Shown here: positions 37,501-48,125 of the stretch, piece after piece
Layout of the letters: every line of letters starts with the position of its first letter
Numbering within the stretch: the stretch's first letter is position 1
NCBI RefSeq assembly: GCF_964204645.1
Contig: NC_134030.1
Coordinates: forward strand, 9,079,222-9,143,221
Length of the DNA stretch: 64,000 nt
DNA from: Tubulanus polymorphus
Lineage: Eukaryota > Animalia > Nemertea
Reading direction: 5' to 3'
Program-made: the position numbers and the translations under genes
The notes under the pieces: generated by a model
Seen by the model: the letters and a program-made list of their open reading frames with translations, nothing else
Database searches by the model: none
What the model was told of the DNA's origin: nothing

Positions 37501-40500
37501 GTTGAATCATTTGTGCCACGCTTCGCGCTCAGTGATCCACTGTGGAGATGTCGTCAACCAGATGCTGGCCGACTGGCACCGCATTGACACCAGCAGCATA
37601 TGCAAACAAACCCTATATACCATGGACAGTTACAACGAAAAAGAGTACGAGATAGTTTATAAATGTAAGGATCCTATCTAAAGGTTTACACAAAGGTTCA
37701 GCCTGGTTTAGGATCAGCAGACGTGATGAATACGCAAATTCCGTGCAATAATAATAATATAATAATATAATAAGTGTCTTATATATGAAAAAAACCGCTC
37801 AGAGCGCTTCACATAAAAGCCTCATTAAAGAGGAAATGTTTAAGTTGCCTCCTGAACATCTCCAAAGATGTTATAGACCGGAGGTCGCCAGGAAGCTGAT
37901 TCCACAGGGTCGGGCCATTGATGGAAAAGGCCCGAGAATCGAAAGACTTTCTATTGTATCTAGGGACTGTCAGTGAGATAAAGGCAGAAGAACGGATGGG
38001 ACGGCAATACGCAGAAAATCCTACAATAATTTCAGCAAAAGACGGAAAGATTTTGAATAAATCAGTATTGGAGCAACGAATAGGTGTACTTTTGTTGAAA
38101 TTATTATGGGATCTTTTACGTATGCTATATCTCCGTAGAGAAAGCTAGTACTTCAAATAGATCTAGTTTATCTCAAAAGTACTATTTGTATCTACGCCTT
38201 TAGATTCTAACTGGAGATCGAAATTCTATACTGCAGTCGAATTGATGATAATAATGATACGATACTGTGCTCTCGCATTACCTAGATATCGAAAACATCC
38301 TTATAGGTGGCCACGCTCCTTTTAAAAACCAAATCAAAGCCTCATATCTCATCATCCTCCCTCTGCAGGGACTCGAACCTGATGACATCGCTACACTCAG
38401 CCACGGCACGAACCCCTGCATCAGTAGACCGGGTGCGCAGGTACATGCGCAGCTTTCCGAACGAAAACTGGCGGCACCAATCAGATTGCTCGTTGTATAA
38501 TCGTTGAGGCAAATTTCAAGGAAGAACTATAAATGGGAAAACCCGGGATAAAATAAAACGGGGTTTCTGATTGGCTAAAAATCACATCATCTGAACTGCG
38601 CATGTATCTGCGCACACGGTCGATTATGGCAGGGTTTCGTGCCGTGGCAATCTCGATGCCATCAGGTTCGAAACCCTGCCGGGGGAGGATGATATCTCAT
38701 ATGCACCAAGAAAAGGACAGTGTTGTCGAAAACTGTGTTGCTTAGTACAACAATCCGACTGACATAGACAGTTTGCTAGCCTGATAATTTGTTTGCATAT
38801 GGACTCTAAAAGGATACGTTTTAGAGTCCATGGTTTGCCCTTTTTGAAATATAACTGAAAGTGCCCCCTCATGTCAAACAGACGTTTCTACCCGCTGGAT
38901 ATGTCAGTTTGCTATAGTATATCCATCGGATATAGAAATGTTATAACGTGAACCTATTTTCTTCGTTCGTCACTATAGTATGTCGTGAATTTGAATTTCT
39001 ACTGGAAGAACAAGCGCCGCTTGAAAGTTACACCGAATGGCTCGATTCGTTAGTAGATCGTTGCGTCGTGCAGGTAAAGACACTAGGGAACGATTTAGTA
39101 AAGCTAGCGTTCTCCGGTGAACAAGGGATCCACTGTGATCGCGGGTGAAATTTACATAATTTGATATTTCGCTTTACGAATTGAATTATCCAGAAAGTGC
39201 TCATCAATCGCTAAATTATTTGCTTTGTGAGGCTTGTCTTCTTATGGTTGCGAGAAATCGTGTATTTTTCATGTAAATCTGTCCGCTTATTCTTTTGGGA
39301 TCATTTTTCTTATAATGTAAATCCTATTTTTCACGCAGACGTCGATGTCCAGACCGGGAAGCTTACGCAAATCAGCCAGACAGTTTCTGTTGATGTGGTC
39401 GTGTTTCGGCACACGAGTTATAAGAGATATGACGCTGCATAGCGCTCCCAGTTTCGGTAATTATAAAGTCATATTATTCAGTGATGATCGATTGACCTGG
39501 TTTTGGAAACGATAAATGCTTCCAAAAAATCCGAACGAATATATTACGCTCCAACTTGGAAGTTTATTGACTCTGAAAAATAACACATAGATTTCTCGAT
39601 ATTGTCTACAATAAATAATGTCATATATTCTATACAATATTAAGGATCGATAAAGCAATTTTGGATTTGAATACATTGATAAGTGAATAGAATTGACCGG
39701 CATCCTGCCTAGCCCCAATGTATTGATGACGTCGTAGACATTTCTCAAATTATCAAAAACCTTCTAAAAATAAGATAAGAATTATGAAATGTATTTAATA
39801 ACAAAATAAACGTCAGAATTCACAATCGTGATAGTTATTTTCGAACGACAATATCGATAACGTAGTGTACATCGAATCACTGAAATGACGCATGCTAGGT
39901 ATCAATGTATAATATAGATATTATTGTAACGGTTTTTATGGCGTCAAAAAATCTAAATTTTTTGACGTTGTCATTTAGTTTTTTATATTATTAGGAGTTT
40001 ATGGAGGCTGTAACCAAATATCTCTCAATGGTCAAAATTCCTAAAACCGGACTCCAAACATAACGCCGTTAATGACTCAATGACTCGGGTCTTTATTTGC
40101 AGGATCGTTCCATTTGATACACCTCATGTTCGACGACTATGTGCTTTACCTCATCGAGAATCTGCACACGAACGAACACGCCAACGAACTGTACAGAACT
40201 GTTCGCGGCGAAACGAGCATCAAACAGCAACATAATAACCACCTCTATCAACACCAACATAACAACACCAATAACAACAACAGCAATAGTCATATCCATC
40301 AAAATGACGAAAGCCATCGTAACAATATCGGTAAGAAATAGGTAACAATCGAGCACGGACTGGGATAAATTCTTGATTTTTTTTTGGTATCACCCAGTCC
40401 TGGTTGTCTCCACGGAGATCTCCGTCGCTATACGATCCTAGTGTAACCAACTGTACATCAGACACTTAGCTTCTTGGGGAATTTGTCTGTATGGTTTTGC

Positions 40501-41806
40501 AGTTACTGCCGAAACTATTCTCGCATTCTCTGTGCAGAATATTTCGCAGAACTTGCGTCGTCGTCGAGGTTGTGTATTTTACAAGATACCGTGACCGATT
40601 TATCATTTATACATAACGATTTTTTGATATTCATTGCAGATGGCTTTGATGGGCTTCCAGTCCCAACACCTCATCATGGAGGGAACCACGCGTACGCACC
40701 TGATGGGACAGATATGTGCACCAGACGCCAGTCTGTAATCACAAACACCAATACTTGTTACTTGTTGTCAAAAGGTATATATCTTTAGTAAGAAACTAGC
40801 GACAAACTTTGTCACGGGTTGGCGAGGGCAATGGCGCTATGCGTTAACAAGTTTATGGTACCAATGAAAGATACTTGCCGTGTGTATGTTTTAGTATAGA
40901 TTTTGTGCAAATACGATAACGATTTGATAGACCATTTAGGGTTCATCTTTTGGACCATATCATCCTCGCTTGCCAGGGTTGGATTTCCGCCCGTCGAAGT
41001 TCACGCCAATACAGGTTGCCGCTAAGCGGCCACCAATCTATGTGTTAAGATAATCAGATAAGTCGTTTTTCACCGGCAGATTCACTACGCATTTGATTGG
41101 CTGATGTATAGACTGGTGGCCGCTTGCTTAGTGGCAACCTATGTTTTATTGAATTCTGTGACATGAATGGACAGCCTTAGTAAGTTTTTATCGTGTATGG
41201 TGTTCTCTCTTAGATCTAGTGAATAACATTCCCGAAGATGAATCGTTGGACGACGCTGCATCGCCGAAACAACCCAACATTATAACCTCAGCGTCTCAAT
41301 CATATCGTCCCGCGGTTGATCACCAGGAGGCGCGGTCTTCGTGTCAGATGGATGCGCTGTCGAGTTTTTCGTATGTTTTCTATTGCTTTTTGAAAATGCA
41401 AGAGTCGCGCTTCATAGAAGACGCTCGTTCGTAGCTTTTGAGGCGACCCTTCTCCTCTTTCTTTCATTTCACAGGAGTAATGGCTTGTACGAATACAATA
41501 GTTGCCACTCTAGTCAAACCGAATCCATGCCAACAAGTCAGTTTTGCGAGTATACACAGGTATCATTCCAACCATCCTCACTCCTCACCTCGTCAAATAC
41601 ATGTTTCTAGAAATCATGATATTTCAATATTTGGACCGATTGATAATTCGTCTTTTTCAAAATGTTCACTTCAGGTTGACGATTACGCCGAAAGTTGTAT
41701 GAAGTACGACACAAGCCCGGATATCATGACGTCATCAATCAAGGACGATTGGTTACAGGCGTATGACAGTTATTACTCACAAGGGACACGCGTCCAGAAT
41801 ACGTAA
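25523..41806 (+). CDS. RFX4: RFX4-type winged-helix transcription factor (~684 aa, 18 coding exons)
   Basis: Exons: 25523-25535 (tentative first exon), 26885-26959, 27607-27673, 34855-34978, 35473-35534, 35619-35696, 35785-35923, 36254-36331, 36880-37043, 37165-37265, 37461-37664, 38979-39073, 39339-39456, 40103-40330, 40640-40774, 41214-41370, 41475-41559, 41675-41806. All are GT-AG and phase-consistent (2055 nt). The translation includes [37 protein letters not shown]...[33 protein letters not shown] and [41 protein letters not shown], near-identical to recalled vertebrate RFX4. AATAAA near 42266. Confidence 0.93.
27257..27367. mobile_element. Short Harbinger/Tourist-like MITE (relatives near 32320-32408, 36680-36790, 58900-59125)
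   Basis: Imperfect TIRs CAGTTCCACGGTTGTGAGT / ACTCACAACATGGAACTG. Related ends of the type TGGAAC(T/C)GG(G)CCC occur at the other sites. Confidence 0.55.
28097..28673 (-). mobile_element. Penelope-like retroelement 3' fragment
   Basis: Flanked by AGAGTAGCCCAT (28085-28096, 28674-28685, and again at 28696-28707). The minus strand has [18 protein letters not shown] (resembles the GIY-YIG C-terminal NxNxG), then a pyrimidine-rich tract, then a hammerhead-like core. Confidence 0.6.
28166..28204 (-). ncRNA. Minimal type I hammerhead ribozyme-like motif
   Basis: Minus strand reads CGC-CUGAUGA-U-GGCUAAC-AGGU-GUUAGCC-GAA-ACGU-C-GC: intact core, perfect 7-bp helix II, palindromic ACGU helix III and a GUC site. 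Helix I has only 2 bp. Confidence 0.5.
28934..29872 (-). CDS. Orphan class A GPCR, paralog 1 (antisense in RFX4 intron)
   Basis: 312-aa single-exon ORF with 7 TM segments: [25 protein letters not shown]2 Cys, NYIINFYIY. Confidence 0.9.
   Translation of the reverse strand: MDNDTAAVSLVYASNIVLNSLIHAKGTVYALMLCVYPVIFCLGAFGNSAAFLIMGSIQFHQYSYANYVRFLSICDCLVCLVMSGMPVVQYVLFRFGFTINFQSSTTCILYEFTSVVCAYTSAWVIVAITLERLAVVLFPISSRLICTPTFSRTMIAVIFLTNLAISSWIITLMQHSEQLDCVMETVAQQIAYTYSFVYSYVLPLSFIVISNFIIIIRLFNGPKLVSSDNKSSKTRRTTIMLVTVSIAFTITTAPSTIVTYIPIQDEELQILYSILNIILSCNYIINFYIYLLLGYGIRKYFFAKICFSGRFS
30488..30575 (-). mobile_element. LINE reverse transcriptase fragment
   Basis: [18 protein letters not shown], the CR1/L2-type RT motif. 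Confidence 0.75.
30940..31890 (-). CDS. Orphan class A GPCR, paralog 2 (antisense in RFX4 intron)
   Basis: 316-aa single-exon ORF highly similar to paralogs 1 and 3. Confidence 0.9.
   Translation of the reverse strand: MSNNTAAVSPAYISNVVLNSLIHAKGTVYALMLCMYPVIFCLGAFGNAAAFLIMSSKQYRQYSYANYVIFLSICDCVVCLFMSGMPVVQRVLFRFGFAINFQSSTTCILYEFTSVVCAYSSAWMVVAITLERLAVVLFPISSRLICTPKFSRMIIAIIFSTNLAITTWIITLMQHSEQLDCVMETIAQQIAYTYSFVYSYVLPLSFIVLSNLIIIIRLFNGPRLVSSDNKSSKARRTTVMLVTVSIAFTITTAPSTIVTYIPIQDEELQILYSILNIILSCNYIINFYIYLLLGYGIRKYFFTKICCCTAFLKGVL
32700..33150 (+). mobile_element. Decayed LINE ORF2 (RT) fragment
   Basis: Frameshifted motifs [43 protein letters not shown] and [15 protein letters not shown]. 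Confidence 0.8.
33516..34454 (-). CDS. Orphan class A GPCR, paralog 3 (antisense in RFX4 intron)
   Basis: ORF 33516-34490. The start is set at the ATG at 34454 (MINNTAEV) by alignment with MDNDTAAV and MSNNTAAV. Confidence 0.9.
   Translation of the reverse strand: MINNTAEVSPSYISNVILNSLIHAKGTVYALMLCMYPVIFCLGAFGNSAAFLIMSSKQYRQYSYANYIIFLSISDFVVCLFMSGMPVVQYVLFGFGFTINLKSLNACILYEFTSVVCAYSSAWMVVAITLERLAVVLFPISSRLICTPKFSRMIIAVIFSTNLTITSWVITVMQHSEESDCAMETVAQQYAYGFSFVYSYVLPLSFIVISNLIIIIRLFNGPKLVSSDNKSSKARRTTIMLVTVSIAFTITTAPSTIVTYIPIQDEELQILYSILNITLSCNYVINFYIYLLLGYGIRKYFFSKICCFCQFP
37748..38010 (-). mobile_element. L2/CR1-type LINE 3' end
   Basis: Minus strand encodes [36 protein letters not shown], the typical ORF2 C-terminus, followed by a short 3' UTR and a (TAT)n tail. 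Confidence 0.75.
38353..38691. mobile_element. Non-autonomous TIR element with 9-bp TSD (Mutator-like)
   Basis: Imperfect ~65-bp TIRs starting CATCCTCCC and ending GGGAGGATG. ATATCTCAT is duplicated at 38344-38352 and 38692-38700. A second copy lies at 49506-49787. Confidence 0.75.
39540..39950 (-). repeat. Copy of the dispersed ~400-450 bp repeat family
   Basis: Reverse complement of 56400-56790 (TTGTAACGGTTTTTATGGCGTCAAAAA; CGTAGTGTACATCGA). Confidence 0.7.
41010..41143. mobile_element. Small hairpin MITE
   Basis: Imperfect TIRs AGGTTGCCGCTAAGCGGCCACCA / TGGTGGCCGCTTGCTTAGTGGCAACCT. Confidence 0.55.
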
Positions 41807-42381
41807 TGATAAGCTCGGAATATAAGAAAAAAACAACAAAACACTAGCCAAGATTTCGGTCATGAAATGTCTGAGATTTTTCAAATTCTTATTTCAGAAC
41901 ACCTACGCTGTCAAACACCGGGTATGAGAATACGGTGAATTGGTTGAAACCAGATCAGAATATAGGAAACGGATACCCGTATTGTCAAACGATTGTGGGC
42001 GCTGATTGCAAAGGAAAACCGATTTGAATGTTTTAGAAGTTGTATAATGTCACGGGGTAGAGAGCACGTTAAGTTTTTAGAAAAAAAAGATGTTTAGTAA
42101 CAGCAAATCAGATAACAATTTTGATCTATTCTCTTCATTTCAATCCTTGGTATAAATAGTACTTTCGTACTGTAGTTCTGGGCAAATGCTGAATCCAATA
42201 TGGAAAAGTTGTACTGATTTATTTTGTGTGAATATGATCTAAGTGTAGTACTTACGATAATATGAAATAAAGTCTATGTTATATTTATGTTTTTATTAGA
42301 CAGTTTTTATTAAAAGTATCTAAAAATGCGCAGGCATTTCAACGACCCGGCGAGGTGATTCTGGCTCTTATAAACTTCGAT

Positions 42382-43602
42382 TTACGTTACGGGCCTTTTG
42401 CACTTGAATACAAACAAAAACTCGTCTCGAAAAGCTTTCATCGTTTTTAGATATATGAATAGATTTACGCAATATACGGAATCACGGAAAACTTTGAAAA
42501 ATATCCTTAAAGTCGATGGCACCAACGCGACTAGATTTAACATCGGTGATGAGTTTAAGACACCGTAATTTCGAATGAATAATGACCTAATGGCGATAGC
42601 CAGCTTCTCAAAAGCGTTTCCTAGAGAATAAGGGAATACAAGAACTGTGTACACAATAATCACCACGAGAAGAGTCACAGAAGCAGTTTTCGAAAGTTCT
42701 CCATTAGAACTACGAATTTTCTTCGACTTCCCGCGTACTGCAGCAGTAAGCACTGATGTAAATACAATGAGGAAAGATGGTAGAATGTCCTGTATAATCG
42801 CTTGTACTCCAAGAACTGTAGCTATCGTTTTGATATCTACCCTTGTTGGATAATGGCAAGTCCAGTAATCAAAACCTTCTCTAGGTCCTGGTTTTGAGCG
42901 TACGTATGTAACACGGCTATTTCGCAGCCAACTGAGCATGTTGATAACTAATGCAAACAGAACGACGACGCTCACTACTCCCATACGTCTAAAATTCGTG
43001 AAATGTCGCATGTGAAAAAATGGGAATCGAACCGAAACGAGTCGTTCGATTGCAATAGCTACAACGACGTAATTAGAAACGGTTATTGACTGTTCATAAA
43101 ACAGGTTCAGAAAGACGCAAGACGGAAATCGAAAATTCATTACGTAATAGAAATAATAGAAGTAATTGAAAAGTGAATTCGGACACATATGACGGTTGTG
43201 TGAGAAATTAAAAGAAAACGCCGATGAACAACCTCGATGAAAACGTAATGCTAGTACTAACAAATTATGCGAGATTATCTTAGCGTACTGGCGGAGCTCG
43301 AATAGACAGACAATGATGTCCGAAACGGCTAAGGCGATTAGATAAACAACCGTCACGCGCACCGAGCGAAAATGGCGACATTTCATAAGTACGACGATGG
43401 TGATGAGGTTAAAGGCGCATCCTGCTGGGTATATCACCAGAACTCTGACTAGTTCGTTCACGCGAGTAAGGTTCGCGTTGATGTGTTTTAACCTGCCCAA
43501 CCATTGAAGCGCTAGATCAGAAACAACTGGTTCGCCGCCGTTTCGAATTCGACTAGTGGAGTTTTCGTATCGACCTGTCATCATCATCGCTTGCCCTGTC
43601 AT
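42382..43602 (-). CDS. Orphan class A GPCR with long extracellular loops, convergent with RFX4
   Basis: 7-TM ORF: YLIALAVSD, AIAIERLVSVRFP, QDILP, VNLFIY, KAFRDEF. The track start is TTG; the first ATG is at 43602, just after an acceptor TTTCTGCAG. Confidence 0.85.
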   Translation of the reverse strand: MTGQAMMMTGRYENSTSRIRNGGEPVVSDLALQWLGRLKHINANLTRVNELVRVLVIYPAGCAFNLITIVVLMKCRHFRSVRVTVVYLIALAVSDIIVCLFELRQYAKIISHNLLVLALRFHRGCSSAFSFNFSHNRHMCPNSLFNYFYYFYYVMNFRFPSCVFLNLFYEQSITVSNYVVVAIAIERLVSVRFPFFHMRHFTNFRRMGVVSVVVLFALVINMLSWLRNSRVTYVRSKPGPREGFDYWTCHYPTRVDIKTIATVLGVQAIIQDILPSFLIVFTSVLTAAVRGKSKKIRSSNGELSKTASVTLLVVIIVYTVLVFPYSLGNAFEKLAIAIRSLFIRNYGVLNSSPMLNLVALVPSTLRIFFKVFRDSVYCVNLFIYLKTMKAFRDEFLFVFKCKRPVT

Positions 43603-46438
43603 TATCGTCTGCAGAAATGAAACATTCCCCAACCCGTAATTATAGTTCCATACACGCTAGTAGACGCGCGGATTACAGGGTGCCATATAGATCAATATAT
43701 ATGAATTTTATTTTGAAACCTGTTTGAAACATTTTCTTCTATTTCCACTATGTGAACTATGTTAAGGTATCTATACCATATTATTTATTCTGTGCAGGTT
43801 TATGTTTCGAGAGGTTTGAATTGTCAGATCTTGATAGAAATCCATACCGATTGAGCCAAGAGGGAGATGGTTATAGACACAGATATCCTATAAGCGCGCC
43901 GAAGCCTTTGCAATATCCAGTTGAATTGGCCGATTGTTTTTGCTTGTCGTCGAAAAACTTGCTCGTTCAATTGAAGTATTTAAAATAGGATCTTCTGGAA
44001 GAAGCATCGCAATCAAAGACAATACGACGGTTGAACGAAGATGCTTACGTTCTTTCAATCAAAGCACTAGACTGCTCTGTCGGAAGCCCTTCGAAAATAA
44101 TTGACTAAGGGAGGCAGTCTACGAGTTAAACAATGGAACCGTTGATTTGGAGGGGAATTCTTGGCTTGGCATGATTTATCTGTTGTCATCAGGCGATCAA
44201 TTTATTGCGCATACAAAATATATCCCTCGTAGATCCAATGTTAGTTGTTCACCGTCTCGTTCAAATATCTTTCTTAAGAAACGATTTTGTTTTTCGCTGT
44301 TACATGAATCTTTTCTAAGAGGTAATTGGAAAAGAAAATCTCGTAATGCTGTATCTTATATCCTGTAACATTAGAAAAAAAACTGAATTCACATAAACTA
44401 TATAAGCACAGTAAACTGTTCATTGATGTCATCCGTGATTTCCAACTGCGTACAAAAACCTACGTCTGAGTCCTGTTCATTAATCCCCATTTCTTAGACA
44501 ACGATATAATCCTTGCGCGCAACAGGATTTGTTTGATTCTTCGACGTATAAGCAGTCGGAAACCGTCCCACGTGACCGGATGTCGCATGGCTATTCGACA
44601 GCAGGCAACCGGAAACGTATAATAACACATTGGACGGACGATTATTGACGTTTGAAGTTTTTTTTCTTATCGTATACAAGAATAGAATAGACGTTGCTGT
44701 AAATGTGTACGTAATTTGTGTTTCTAATCAATTCGTATGCTCGTCAAATACGTTCTGCTCTTGCCCATAGAAATTAGTGATTCGAATCCCTGCCGAAATA
44801 TTTGCTTACGTTGAACAGCGAATGATAAGTAGAAAGATTGTTTGTGTAATTAAAAGAAAGTATCTTTTTAGAAAGTTTAATCTTGTTTTAAATAATAAAT
44901 TAGGTGATTCGATTCTCGTATAGGCAGAGGTTAGGTCAATTCGGAATGACCTTAAAGAGTTTCGATCAAGATAGCTTTCACGCCACAATGGACTGAAAAA
45001 AAAATCACAAGTTTTTGACAGCTCATATTTTCGTGGATATTCCCGCTCGGCCGAATCGTCCCTGGGCTTCGTTGTTGTTTTAATTAACCGATCACGCCGA
45101 CAATGAGCAATGGCTCCCGGCAGAGTTCTCGTATTCGCTCACGGGGGAATGCTGCCGAGTCACGATATGTAAATATCATTCCGAAATATTAATTCGTTTC
45201 AACAAATCCAAATGACCAAAAAATTACGAGGCAACTTCTATTCAACTTGCGTAGGGGTTTTGTCGTTGACACGTTTCCAATCAGAATCTGAAAAAAATAC
45301 GACACGACTTTTCTTCGGTAATCCACGTCAAATGATCGTGTTATTTTTTGACGATGAATCTGCGAACGCGGACAAAAATCCAACACTTAAAACGTATTCA
45401 AAGGCACTAGATATTTTCAAAACAAAATATATATAATATATATAATTCATTTATTATTTCATTTTAAAACAGAAATGCGAGGAGACGACATCACGGCTAC
45501 ACCATCAGACCCCATATTTTCTTTTCATAATCTGAGCACGTATCAAAGGCGACCAGATTTTCAGTCGAATTCTCGCGTCGTTTTCAAGCTAATAATTTGC
45601 CTCTATTTTGATTTCATTTCTTAGACAAAAAGATGAACCAGAATAACCAACTGAACATGTGTGATAGGTTGATCAAACGGAAATTCTAATGAAAATGCAT
45701 TCACCGGTGCTCAAGAATAGTCTAATAAAGTAAGAATCACAACCATGTCCGGTAATAACCGATAACAAATTTTTGCTTTGGTGCGTGTACGGGCGTCCGC
45801 GTGACGTCACATATCTTCGTGGAGTCCTATGGTGTAGTTCATTCATTTCGGTGTTTTATTTTTTCTTTCACCCGAAGATCGCTCGCCTACCATATATAGA
45901 ATTTGTATTTCGATTGAAAGTTCATATTTTCGGCCGAAAAGCTTCTTGAATCAAGTATACAATATGAAAATATGTACTTTTAGGAAGTACCGACAGAATC
46001 ATTTAAGAATCTACGTAGTTCAGACATGTATCATGTACGCGTCGAAAATGCTATGAAGTCCGAATGAAAATGATTTTGAACTGTAAGAGTTCTTTGAGTG
46101 TTTGATATGTAATTTTACCGAACCGATTAAAGCAAACGAGATTGATGGCTATTTTTAGGCTGGGCTCACTGTCTTATATAGAACTGTACAAGGAATGCTC
46201 ATTTACCAATTAGCAGCAGTCTAATCAGATCACGAGCTCATTTACATATTAAACTCCGCCCTATAAGAGCTCGACACGAATCGGAACTCGGTTGCCGACG
46301 AACATTTCCCAATCAAATAGGAGCTTATCACCAAACTTCACCGGATGCTCGACGTCTGCCCATTTCAAAGCGTCGGAGAAAAGCTTCTACCGGACTGATC
46401 GCAATTCAAAGGCAAGAGCACCGATTGTGGATTCCATT

Positions 46439-46794
46439 TTACATGTCGTAAACTTCTTCGCGACCGAATCTGAACGGTACGTGGGCCTTCTCTCGTTTGG
46501 TATCCCGTACAAATCGCTTTCCGTATCGGAGCAGCGATCGCTTGTCTTCTGCTTCGGCGGCCTGGTCGTCTTCGTCTCGCTTTCCGTATCTGAACAACTG
46601 ACGTTTGCCGAATCGCATGATAGATCCTCGTTTGCCGTATCGGAACATGTTTCCTCGTTTGCCGAATCTCATGATGCTTCCACGGCCGTATCTCAACAGG
46701 GCGCCTCGTTTGTCGTCGCTCAGGTCGTATAGGTCGGCCGAGTCTTCCGCGCTGTTACCATTAGGCTCCTCACCGAGGTATTTCTGTAAGCTTT
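46439..46794 (-). CDS. LFRFamide/RYamide-type neuropeptide precursor, main (last) coding exon; signal-peptide exon not located
   Basis: Acceptor TCTTTGCAG at 46795. Basic-site-flanked, Gly-extended peptides GALLRYG, GSIMRFG (x2), GNMFRYG, QLFRYG, SLLRYG and C-terminal AHVPFRFG. The terminal HxPFRFamide recalls mollusc LFRFamide and annelid RYamide precursors. Confidence 0.9.
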
Positions 46795-47901
46795 CTGCAA
46801 AGATAAGAACAAACAATTTCCTTTCAGATTATTGGATTGCCATTTACTTTTCCGCATAGTTCATTCGGATACAGCAAATTTTTAAATGACTCCAATCAAA
46901 GGAAGTTCAAGATTTGCTTTAAATTGCCTCCGATTGACTCGATTCTGAACGTCTCAATTGAAAAAAGAACCCAAGTGGCTCGGACGCGGTGCTTAATTGT
47001 ACCGGAACAATTTTCTGGATATTCTTTCTACCCAAACGGTTTGGACGCAGTGCTAAATTGTACCGGAACGATTTTCAGGTTATTCCTTCTTTTCCGAGAT
47101 GCTTTCAAAACCACTATTATAATAGAGTATGTACAACGGCAAAAATGGATGCGCCCTATAGCGTATAAACAACGGCGGAAACTATTTTTAATTTCAGTCG
47201 CATGAAATGGAACTAATTGCGAAGTGGCTATCGCTATGCCGGATACGAGGTGAAATTCGACGATAAAACCTATCGTTGATGCGAATTTGAGTTTCAATTT
47301 CCGCGATTTACCGTACAGTAAGCACCGTCAAATAGGCTCACTATCAATTTGCGCAGATCACGTTGAAATCGCGTTTCATTAAACTGTTGAAATTGAATTA
47401 TACGCAGGGTCTCGTGCATTGCGATGAATGCCTAACCGAGCCCTGGTAGTATGTAACCTTTCCGTTGACACACCCGATAATTCGATAATTCATTCGCTTG
47501 TGAAGCCGCGATATACTTCGTTAAAATGGAAATTGTCATCATCTTTTAAAACGCGTATAAATCGAAAAACTGTTAAATCGTGTACCCGACTCACGAAGAG
47601 ATTTCGCCTTGATGGTTGGGCTTAGGGGAGGCGTGAATGTCATCGTCGCGACTTCATTTACATAATTGATATCGCGCACCTGTTGCGCCCGCGTTTAATC
47701 CGCTGGTACTTCCGGTAAATCATGCGCAGCACTCGTTAATTACTTCCGGTTAATACATCAACAATTCTTTGAAACCGGCACCGAGATAACGTGATAGAAA
47801 TTTGACGTACTAGGGATCAGTTCCAGAAACTAACGTGACAAGCGTAAACTCAATCTGACTCGCCGCCACACCCTGTAGCGCATCTACCCAATTCTAACTA
47901 C

Positions 47902-48125
47902 AGCCGCGATCACACGACCATTTTGACCCGGGTCGAATTTGGCGAATTTGACCCGGGCCAAATTTTAGCACGGGTCAAATAATTGCGACGTGTGAATTGC
48001 AACTGGTCCCGGAAGTGACTCGCTTCGTTTTGTCTAGAATCGAATTGGTGAAATGTTTTCTCTAATAAGGCACGGGCCAAGTTTGGCTCAGGCGTGCCAA
48101 TCTGACCCGGGCCAAATCGTCTCAA
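47902..48125. mobile_element. MITE-like repeat, copy 1 (copy 2 at 54542-54735)
   Basis: Shares AGCCGCGATCACACGA...GTGAATTG(C/T)AACTGGT(C/T)CCGGAAGTGAC...GGGCCAAATCGTCTC with copy 2. Confidence 0.6.

Noticed and set aside
38660-38691. tRNA gene (GGTTCGAAACCC)
   Set aside because: No cloverleaf or convincing A box; it is part of a transposon TIR.
46292-46859. Plus-strand ORFs of 146 and 84 aa
   Set aside because: Antisense shadows of the repetitive neuropeptide exon.
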